Part shown: piece after piece, positions 55,830 through 62,937 of the stretch
Position numbering within the stretch: position 1 is the stretch's first letter
How the letters are laid out: each line of letters begins with the position of its first letter
DNA from: an uncultured Anaerolineaceae bacterium
Lineage (GTDB): Bacteria; Chloroflexota; Anaerolineae; Anaerolineales; UBA4823
Reading direction: 5' to 3'
NCBI GenBank assembly: GCA_964416175.1
Contig: CAYQDF010000007.1
Span: forward strand, 1 to 62,937
Length of the DNA: 62,937 bases
Program-made: the position numbers and the translations under genes
The notes under the pieces: generated by a model
Database searches by the model: none
Seen by the model: the letters and a program-made list of their open reading frames with translations, nothing else
What the model was told of the DNA's origin: nothing

Positions 55830-58649
55830 TCCTTTTTTCTTCGAGGCAATTTGGTATTTCTGCCAGGCCAATGAGATCGCCAGTCCTGTTGCAGCTCCTA
55901 AAACCGTGATACCCACTACGCCCCAGGTTCCAGAAGAGATAAGAAGATCCCTGCTCCCGGGCAGGCTCATTGAAAGATACCCATAGCCGATCAGACCACC
56001 GATTGCGGCAAGCAGAGCTGACCGGATCCCCCAGCGCATCGATCCGAGATTTGTAAACACTAAATATATTGTGGCCGCCAGCCCGATCGTAACCAGAGAG
56101 GAGAGCAGCCAGTCATTCAGATCAATCGATCCTGGGGGCGGCGGGGTGGGAGTTGCCTCAAGGGGCGGCGTCAGACTTGGTTCCGGCTCAAGGGTGGCGG
56201 TATCTGTTGGTTGAATCGGCGGTTCCGTTTCGGTCAGGATCGGGCTTTCCTCAGGCGGCACGTCCACACGGATGACGGTTGAGGTTACTGCCGGATCGCT
56301 CCTGGCTTGGATCTCGTAAACCCCGGATTGTTCGATCAAAATTGAGACTCGGGCGATCCCTGCCGTGGTCACTTGTGTCTGGCTGGACACCGCTGTGCCA
56401 CCGATGTTTATGATAAACTCGACTGGCGTCCCATCTGGAACGCTGTGTCGGTTGTGGTCGAGGATAGTTCCTGTCTTGACCGGGACAACATCGCCGATTT
56501 TGAACTGCCGTCCTTCAGGCGGGGACGCAGTTCCAGTGCTCTCTTGCGGATAGTCGAAGAACAGCTCGATTACCTGTTCCGGATCCGGCGCCATGGCGGA
56601 TATCAGGTCGTAATCCACTCCCGAGACAGAGACCGGCAGTCTTCCGGGGGGAGCCGGGATCTCTCCAAACAGCAGTCTTGCAGCCACTTCCACAGATTGC
56701 GGGGTCTTGCTGTACAGGCCGTAGTAGGCGTTCAGCTTGGAAATCTCCGTGGCATCCAGATAATACGGTGCATCGAAAGCGAAAACGACGATTTTCTTCT
56801 GCCGGAACAGATCGGGGCGCTCCGAGAGAAATCGCGAGAGTGCCTGGGAGGGAGGATCGTTGCTCCGGACGGTGAGCAGAGCAAACACGATCCACTCGGC
56901 TTCCTGAATGTCTGAGCTCAGCTCAGTCACATCCGTTTCTGGAACCCTGTCCAGCAGGGCGAGCAAGTCGTTGAACGAGTACGAGCTCAGATTCCGCTGC
57001 AAAACTTGCCCGCCAGCGAGCGGACCATAGAGATGCATGACAGCTTCTTCGAGGGCCGAGATGGAGAACACCTGTTGAACATTACAGGATGAACACTGCT
57101 GCGCTTCGCTCAACTCACTGATGAACAAAAGGCGGTCGTTGATATTCGGCGGCTCTGGCAGGGTCTCGGCCAGATCGGCGAGCGATGGGCTGATCAGCGT
57201 GGCGGATTGCTGCGCCACCTGAAACACGACCTGGCTGGATGTGCCCAGGAGGTCCAGACTGTCCTGGAGGGGGAGGACCTGGCCCAAGGTGAAATTTCCA
57301 TCATAGAGCTTGAACTTCAAAGCCAGGATGCGCAGCGTCGAACGGTCCACCTGTTCTTTGAAAGCTGGATCGTCCCGGTATTTCTGGGCGAAGAACTCAA
57401 GAGTGCTCACGATCGAGGTGTATTGATCGGGGTCTGCGGTTCCAATGAACTGGTTCCCAAGGAAAAGCAGGTCATTCCCGGCAAGAAATGCATCCCTGGC
57501 GGTGAAGCGAGCCTGAAAATTCTGTCCGGAGGGGTCGGCAAACCGGCGGAAGGCAGAGCTCCCGAGATTGTCGGTGACCATTACCCCGCCAGCTTCATTC
57601 CATGCGGCCAGCTGCGGCAGGCTCATCAGCTGATCGAACGCCTGGCGGTCCAGGCTGACCGGGCGGGTCGTTTCGCGGATGTTTCCCTGGAAGCCTTGAT
57701 AGCGGATGTGAGATGCGAGCAGCCCATCCGCCGTGGAGAGTTCGTCTGGCGCGCCGCCGGTCACGGCGTAGAACGGAGGCAGTTCAATCTGCTTAAGCTG
57801 TTCGAGGGATTTCCGGACTGTCGCGACTTCCTCTTCCGGGAGGCGATCGGAACTCCCGTGCCCTGGAAAATGCTTCGCGATCACGGCGATCCTGCCTGCG
57901 CTTCCATCGTGGACGCCATTGATATATGCCCGGCCCAGCTCTCCGACCCAGTAAGGATCACCGCTGAAAGTGCGCACCCCGAGATCGCCGGTCCCTACTT
58001 CCCGCGGCGATTCGAGGACGTCCAGCGATGGTCCGAGCAAGAGGTTTATTCCCAGGGCGGAGAGCTCCACGCCGGCGATCGATCCCACCTGGCGGGCAAG
58101 CTCGGGCTGCCATGTGGCACCGATTGCCATCAGCGACGGTAATTTTGTCAGGCCGTTGAAGATCTGGTCATATGGAGGGCCATTCCCCTCCTGAGAGAGA
58201 CCGACGAACAGGGGGATGAAGGCGGGAGTGAATTCTTGATTCGTCGAGAGATCGATTTGATTTGACTGCGAGGCGGCCCATTCGACCGATTGCAGCGATC
58301 GCGTGAGCTGCCAGGTCCCGACCGCTGTTTGAGGGGGCGCCAGGAAGTTATCGTTCTCCCGCTGGAGGATGACCCCGCCGATGTGGTGGTTGACAATCAG
58401 GTCGAATATCTGGGATTCAGTATCAACGCCCGTCCCGTTGAATGTCACCAGGAAGAGCTGTCCTACCCGTTCTTCAGGAGTTAGCGTGTCCAGGAGCGCT
58501 TGCGCGCGCTCACGATAGTCATCAGCCTGTTGTGCGGATGATCGCTTCGCATCGAACGCCGAGAAAACTACACTCAGCAGGAGGAGGAATGCAAGTATAC
58601 GCCCCAAGAAACCATTGGCTTTGTTGAGATGGAGAGAAAAATCAGCCAT
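55818..58649 (-). CDS. glycoside hydrolase family 3 (NagZ-like) large exported protein with C-terminal multi-TM anchor
   Basis: [13 protein letters not shown]3 motif. N-terminal signal anchor, P/T-rich linker, and three or four C-terminal TM helices. Confidence 0.8.
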   Translation of the reverse strand: MADFSLHLNKANGFLGRILAFLLLLSVVFSAFDAKRSSAQQADDYRERAQALLDTLTPEERVGQLFLVTFNGTGVDTESQIFDLIVNHHIGGVILQRENDNFLAPPQTAVGTWQLTRSLQSVEWAASQSNQIDLSTNQEFTPAFIPLFVGLSQEGNGPPYDQIFNGLTKLPSLMAIGATWQPELARQVGSIAGVELSALGINLLLGPSLDVLESPREVGTGDLGVRTFSGDPYWVGELGRAYINGVHDGSAGRIAVIAKHFPGHGSSDRLPEEEVATVRKSLEQLKQIELPPFYAVTGGAPDELSTADGLLASHIRYQGFQGNIRETTRPVSLDRQAFDQLMSLPQLAAWNEAGGVMVTDNLGSSAFRRFADPSGQNFQARFTARDAFLAGNDLLFLGNQFIGTADPDQYTSIVSTLEFFAQKYRDDPAFKEQVDRSTLRILALKFKLYDGNFTLGQVLPLQDSLDLLGTSSQVVFQVAQQSATLISPSLADLAETLPEPPNINDRLLFISELSEAQQCSSCNVQQVFSISALEEAVMHLYGPLAGGQVLQRNLSSYSFNDLLALLDRVPETDVTELSSDIQEAEWIVFALLTVRSNDPPSQALSRFLSERPDLFRQKKIVVFAFDAPYYLDATEISKLNAYYGLYSKTPQSVEVAARLLFGEIPAPPGRLPVSVSGVDYDLISAMAPDPEQVIELFFDYPQESTGTASPPEGRQFKIGDVVPVKTGTILDHNRHSVPDGTPVEFIINIGGTAVSSQTQVTTAGIARVSILIEQSGVYEIQARSDPAVTSTVIRVDVPPEESPILTETEPPIQPTDTATLEPEPSLTPPLEATPTPPPPGSIDLNDWLLSSLVTIGLAATIYLVFTNLGSMRWGIRSALLAAIGGLIGYGYLSMSLPGSRDLLISSGTWGVVGITVLGAATGLAISLAWQKYQIASKKKGSAH

Positions 58650-59487
58650 TAAAGAGTGAGGCGGTCTTCGATTCTTGGAGGATGATCTGCCTGAGGAAAG
58701 CCCGGCGCTCCGAGCCGCTGAGGAGCTCCAGCTTGCGGATTCCCATGGGATCGATCTCGGCGCGGAGGAGATCGATTTCGGTTTCCGACGGCAGGGGCGT
58801 CATCGATACATCTGGAGCAACCGTCAAATCAAAACCGGTCTTCTTCTGGATTAATTCTACACTCGCTCCAGGGTGATATGAAACCAGGCGCATTACTGGT
58901 TTACCATCGGCAAGGCCCTGGAAATCGAATTCCCCCAGATCCGATACGAGGTATCGAGGACCTTGCCCCCTTGTTCTTGAGGGGTGATGTCCAAGTCCGG
59001 AAAGGTAATCCAGTTCTGCGACAAATGTGATCCGAGAATGTCGCGGGACATATAAACAGATGTCATCGATGAAAGTCGTTACATCCGGAATCCCCCCAGT
59101 TCCAGGGAGTCGGAGGCGAGGCATCCTGTAGTTTTTCCCAAAGGCAATGTTATTGAAGTTCCCATGGGGGTCGACCTGTCCGGGGCGGAAGAATTCCTTC
59201 GGCCTCAAACTTGGCAGGACATCTGCGACGGCACGGATGAATCCGGCATTGTTGAGGGCGTTATCCAGCCAGAGGCGCTCGATCTGAAGCAGGCTCATGG
59301 GAGCCGGTTGGCGGCAGATCCCTTGGCCAATTGCCGAAGAGAAATATAAATCCGGAGCGTGGGTGTGGCGGGCGAGCAAATACGCGGCGGCCACCAGCGG
59401 GGTCGCGATTCCCTGGGCGACGACTTCGCCATTAATCAGCTGGCGGGACATGGAGACCACCATCATCTCATCCGGGGTTACTTTCAT
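58642..59487 (-). CDS. CoA-transferase family I, subunit B-like protein
   Basis: Resembles glutaconate/3-oxoacid CoA-transferase beta subunits (N-terminus MVVSMSRQL..., GIATPLVAA). No A subunit is adjacent. Confidence 0.65.
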   Translation of the reverse strand: MKVTPDEMMVVSMSRQLINGEVVAQGIATPLVAAAYLLARHTHAPDLYFSSAIGQGICRQPAPMSLLQIERLWLDNALNNAGFIRAVADVLPSLRPKEFFRPGQVDPHGNFNNIAFGKNYRMPRLRLPGTGGIPDVTTFIDDICLYVPRHSRITFVAELDYLSGLGHHPSRTRGQGPRYLVSDLGEFDFQGLADGKPVMRLVSYHPGASVELIQKKTGFDLTVAPDVSMTPLPSETEIDLLRAEIDPMGIRKLELLSGSERRAFLRQIILQESKTASLFNG

Positions 59488-60440
59488 GCGGCGGTTCCTC
59501 CATATTTTTGGATGATCGCCTGGTGGCTCTCAGGCTGAATGTTTCCACCAGACAGGATCAGCACAGCTGGCCGATGGCTGATTCTCCCGCTCACAATGGC
59601 AGCCAGGGGCGCCGCGGCAGAACCTTCGATCACCTCCTTATACCGGTGCCAGGCGAAGGCGATGGCTCGTTCGATCTCTTCTTCGCTGACCAGGATGAAC
59701 TCGTCAACCAGGGATTTCACCAGGGGGATGGTTAGGGAACCCTCTTCGACAGGTCCGGCGAGACCATCAGCGATGGATGGGAGTTCAACTGCCGCCTCCT
59801 GGGTGCCTTTGGTGTAAAGGTCGTGGAGAAATGGAGAGGCGGCAGATTGGACGGCTACCAGCCGGGCTTTGGAAGAACGATCCTTCAGGACAGAACCAAT
59901 CCCCGAGATCAATCCTCCGCCGCTGGCCGGGACGATCCAGGTTGCCTCAGCCAGCTCTGGTCTGGAATCAAGGATTTCGATTGCAACCGTGCCCTGGCCG
60001 GCGATGACATGGCTGTCGTTGTAGGGGGAAATCCAGATGCACCCTTCCGATTTCGCATAGTCTATCCCGGCTTTTTCTGCCTCTCCATAACCCCCTGGGA
60101 CCAACTTGACTTGAGCGCCCAGGTCCCGCATGGCCTGGATTTTAGTGGGCACAGCGTGCTCCGAGCAGAAGACGGTTACCCGCGCCTTGACGATCCTCCC
60201 AGCGTATGCCACGCCCTGACCGTGGTTCCCGGCGGAAGCAGCGACGATCCCCCTGGCGAGCTCCCAGTCACTCAGCGATAGGACTTTGTTTAGCGCGCCG
60301 CGTGCTTTGAAGGAGCCGGTTACCTGGCGATTCTCCAATTTTAGGTGGATTTGCTGCTCAGGGTCGGAGAGGAGGTCGGTATGGTAAAGGTAGGGTTTGA
60401 TCCGTATTTCGGCCTGCCTGAGCCAGTCTTTCGGGAACAT
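59484..60440 (-). CDS. PLP-dependent threonine/serine dehydratase family enzyme
   Basis: PLP-Lys motif TGSFKARGA, the ASAGNHGQG loop, and the GGGLISG phosphate loop. Confidence 0.8.
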   Translation of the reverse strand: MFPKDWLRQAEIRIKPYLYHTDLLSDPEQQIHLKLENRQVTGSFKARGALNKVLSLSDWELARGIVAASAGNHGQGVAYAGRIVKARVTVFCSEHAVPTKIQAMRDLGAQVKLVPGGYGEAEKAGIDYAKSEGCIWISPYNDSHVIAGQGTVAIEILDSRPELAEATWIVPASGGGLISGIGSVLKDRSSKARLVAVQSAASPFLHDLYTKGTQEAAVELPSIADGLAGPVEEGSLTIPLVKSLVDEFILVSEEEIERAIAFAWHRYKEVIEGSAAAPLAAIVSGRISHRPAVLILSGGNIQPESHQAIIQKYGGTAA

Positions 60441-60443
60441 ACG

Positions 60444-61217
60444 CTAGCTCGCATTCATGATCGGCGTCATAGAACGGACAACCCGCTTCGCCATAAGGGG
60501 GTCGTCTGTGATGATTCCGTCGATTCCCAGGTTGATCAACCAGACCATATCGTCCGGAGTATTCACCGTATAGGCGTTCAAACGGCGCCCCGTGTTCCGG
60601 ATCCATTTTACGAACCCGGGAGTTACATCCCGGAAATCGGGGTGGATCGCCTGATGGGGGGCGATGATCTCGCCAAACCAGCTGCGCAAGAGCGCGCCCT
60701 TGATGCCGTGCAAAGTGAGGAGCGCCAGGGCCACGTCAGGAAGGATCTTTCGAAGACTGCGCAAGATCGCCGGATAAAACGATGACACGATGACCGAACC
60801 GATCAAACTGTGCCTGAGGATCGAAATCGCAACTTTTTCTGTCAGCTTCTCCACCGGTACGGCGGGTTGCTTGAGCTCGAGGTTGATCACCACTCGCTTG
60901 CCGAGCAGTTCGAAGACTTCATCCAGGGTAGGTATGGGTTCACCCTTGAACGCGATATCGAAATGAGAGCCAGCATCCAGCTCTTTGAGTGCAGACAGCG
61001 GCATGTCCCTGACGAATCCAGAACCTTCTGTCGTCCGGTTGACGGACCTGTCGTGGATGACAATCAAATGCCCATCCTGGCACAGGTCGACATCCATCTC
61101 GATGGCATCCGCGCCTTGCTTGAGAGCGAGCTCGAAGGCTGCGAGCGTATTTTCTGGCGCGTGGGCACTGGCTCCCCGGTGAGCAATCACAGCCGGTCTC
61201 GGGAGGGGCGGGTACAT
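60444..61217 (-). CDS. glycerophosphodiester phosphodiesterase
   Basis: VIAHRGASAHAPENTLAAF and E.D..L..DG..V..HD are GDPD signatures. Confidence 0.9.
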   Translation of the reverse strand: MYPPLPRPAVIAHRGASAHAPENTLAAFELALKQGADAIEMDVDLCQDGHLIVIHDRSVNRTTEGSGFVRDMPLSALKELDAGSHFDIAFKGEPIPTLDEVFELLGKRVVINLELKQPAVPVEKLTEKVAISILRHSLIGSVIVSSFYPAILRSLRKILPDVALALLTLHGIKGALLRSWFGEIIAPHQAIHPDFRDVTPGFVKWIRNTGRRLNAYTVNTPDDMVWLINLGIDGIITDDPLMAKRVVRSMTPIMNAS

Positions 61218-61223
61218 GCGGAA

Positions 61224-62567
61224 CTACAGGTCAACAAAATACGAGATCGCAGCCTGGTCGATCAGCTCTCGGGACAGTTCTGGCTCGATCGAAAAATACC
61301 GGGCGATATCGACGATCTGATCGCACAGATCACGCGGGTGGGAGGCGCGCAATTTGCGGCCGGGTTTGATGTACCATTCCTGAAGAAGGTAAGCCAGGCC
61401 CTGGTTGCTGAACTTTATCCCTTTTTGATCGGCGACCCGACGGAAAATCTCGCGATATTCATCGTAGCTCGGATCGTTGATCTCGATTTTATGCCTCAAG
61501 CGGCGAAGAAAGGCTTCATCGACCAGGTCTTTCGGCGGGAGGTTTGTGGAGAAAACCACCAACACATCGAACGGCACTTCGACCTTGCGGCCTGTGTGGA
61601 GGGTGAGGTAGTCGATCCGGTTCTCGAGGGGCACGATCCAGCGGTTGAGCAGGTCCCTTGGCCGGACGAGCTGCCGACCAAAATCATCGATGAGCAGGAT
61701 CCCGCCATTCGCTTTGATCTGGAATGGCGCTTCGTAGTACTTGTTCACATCATCGAATACCAGGTCGAGTCCGGCCAGAGTCAGCTCCCCACCCGTAACG
61801 ACGAATGGCCGGTGGATGTGCACCCATCGGGGATCCCGCCGCGTTGAAGTTCGCAAAGCTCCCCCAGAAGCGGGACCCGCCTCGTCCGCGGTCGACAGCT
61901 TGTGGTTGACGGAATCGTAAATTTTCACCACCTGACCGTCAATGTAGACTGCATAGGGGATGTACATGCTTTCTTTCAGGATCATGTCCCCGATCGCCCG
62001 GGCGATGCTTGTCTTCCCATTGCCTGGCGGCCCATAGAGAAAAATCGAAGTCCCTGAATTTACCGCCGGGCCAATTCTGTGGAAAGTCTTTTCGGAGAGC
62101 ACCAGGTGCGCCAGAGCATGCCTCACATTCCGGCTGGTGATATGCGTCCGCACCCTGCTCTGTCGCCGGATCGCATCGTTGTAGATCTCCAGCGGGACCG
62201 GCGCCGGGCCAGCGTACTGGCTGCGTTCGAGAGCCTCCCGTGCTCTGGCGATCCCGAGCCCGGTGATCGCGTACAGGTAAGCTCCCTCTCCCAGTCCGAT
62301 CTGCGATGACTTGACTTCGATAAATTTCTCGCGCTTCAAGGTTTCGACCACCTGGTCAATCACACCGGTGAAAGGCAAAGCCATTTCTTCTGCGATCCGA
62401 AATCCAGTCAGATACCCCTGGAAATAGAGTATTTTTAATGCCAGGTCCTGTAACCAGAGGGGTGAAAGCCCCGTATCTTCGAGCTGGTTGATCTGAGGCG
62501 GGAGGTATGAATCCCTCTTAATCGTTCCAGCAGTTGCAGCTTGTTCTAGCTGGCCTGTTTCGTCCAT
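61224..62567 (-). CDS. AAA+ ATPase with N-terminal wHTH-like region
   Basis: Walker A GPPGNGKTS and Walker B ILLIDDFGRQ. ATG 62567 (GGTGGAG RBS) is preferred over TTG 62609. Confidence 0.7.
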   Translation of the reverse strand: MDETGQLEQAATAGTIKRDSYLPPQINQLEDTGLSPLWLQDLALKILYFQGYLTGFRIAEEMALPFTGVIDQVVETLKREKFIEVKSSQIGLGEGAYLYAITGLGIARAREALERSQYAGPAPVPLEIYNDAIRRQSRVRTHITSRNVRHALAHLVLSEKTFHRIGPAVNSGTSIFLYGPPGNGKTSIARAIGDMILKESMYIPYAVYIDGQVVKIYDSVNHKLSTADEAGPASGGALRTSTRRDPRWVHIHRPFVVTGGELTLAGLDLVFDDVNKYYEAPFQIKANGGILLIDDFGRQLVRPRDLLNRWIVPLENRIDYLTLHTGRKVEVPFDVLVVFSTNLPPKDLVDEAFLRRLRHKIEINDPSYDEYREIFRRVADQKGIKFSNQGLAYLLQEWYIKPGRKLRASHPRDLCDQIVDIARYFSIEPELSRELIDQAAISYFVDL

Positions 62568-62663
62568 GTTCAGATCTCCACCTGGTTCAGGATCATAAGA
62601 TTCATGCAAGATTATAGCATGGGGGGATTTACGTGCATAAGGCCAAACCTGCCAAATGTGAGT

Positions 62664-62672
62664 TGGTATAAT
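62664..62672 (+). promoter_or_regulatory. extended -10 promoter giving a (near-)leaderless GT2 mRNA
   Basis: TGGTATAAT ends 8 nt before ATG 62681. No room for an RBS. Confidence 0.55.
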
Positions 62673-62680
62673 TCACAAAG

Positions 62681-62937
62681 ATGAAAGTAACGATCGTGAT
62701 CCCGACCTATAACGAAGTCAATACCATCCGGGAAATCCTTCATCGGGTGGAACAGCAGGGTATTGCGGAGGAGATCCTCGTGGTGGATGATGGTTCGTCG
62801 GATGGAACCCGTGAGATCCTGGAATCATTGAACGGCTCGGGTCCCATCCGGGCGATCTTCCACGAGAGCAACATTGGAAAAGGCGCTGCCGTCCGCACTG
62901 GCATTCAGGCTGCACGCGGGGATGTCATTGTGATCCA
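62681..62937 (+). CDS. family 2 glycosyltransferase (dolichyl-phosphate-sugar synthase-like), 5' partial at window edge
   Basis: Not in the ORF track because it has no stop in the window. My translation: MKVTIVIPTYNEVNTIREIL...VVDDGSSDGT...GKGAAVRTG, a classic GT2 N-terminus. Confidence 0.8.
   Translation, partial: MKVTIVIPTYNEVNTIREILHRVEQQGIAEEILVVDDGSSDGTREILESLNGSGPIRAIFHESNIGKGAAVRTGIQAARGDVIVI

Overview
A 62.9-kb, GC-rich, gene-dense chromosomal segment. I call about 62 CDS. I found no rRNA or tRNA genes, no CRISPR array, and no transposase, integrase or phage genes. Gene content and the recurrent TGnTATAAT promoters suggest a Chloroflexota/Anaerolineae-like bacterium, but that is inference only.

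The backbone is housekeeping:
- ino1, yebC, ruvC-ruvA and proC.
- An M42 peptidase followed by an F1-only ATP synthase cluster (atpAGDC) that runs straight into mreB.
- rex, obg-nadD, cca, hpt-tdk and rplU-rpmA-rpmE.
- ppdK, a four-subunit 2-oxoacid:ferredoxin oxidoreductase, and PDH E1alpha/E1beta/E2.
- uppP, tgt, a class-III aminotransferase and wecB.

Signalling genes are interspersed:
- An HK-HK-RR operon with XRE, TPR and GNAT genes downstream, an orphan receiver, and a third GAF-PAS kinase.
- A zinc-ribbon/class-III cyclase/STAND-TPR giant.
- A Ser/Thr kinase divergent from an FHA-wHTH regulator.

The observations most worth follow-up:
1. A leader upstream of a secreted S8 protease with the order and motifs of a tetraloop/receptor-type c-di-GMP-I riboswitch, plus an apparent expression platform.
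2. The same protease carries 14 tandem 21-bp (WAGGYGA) repeats.
3. A soluble histidine kinase whose N-terminus carries two 24-residue MshEN-like (c-di-GMP receptor) motifs.
4. Ribosomal protein L31 fused to an RNA polymerase alpha-CTD-like helix-hairpin-helix domain.
5. A family of long palindromic intergenic elements.
6. An insertion of about 40-50 aa in AtpA.
7. A repeat-containing 360-bp non-coding gap.

All functional calls come from motif recognition by eye. No searches were run.
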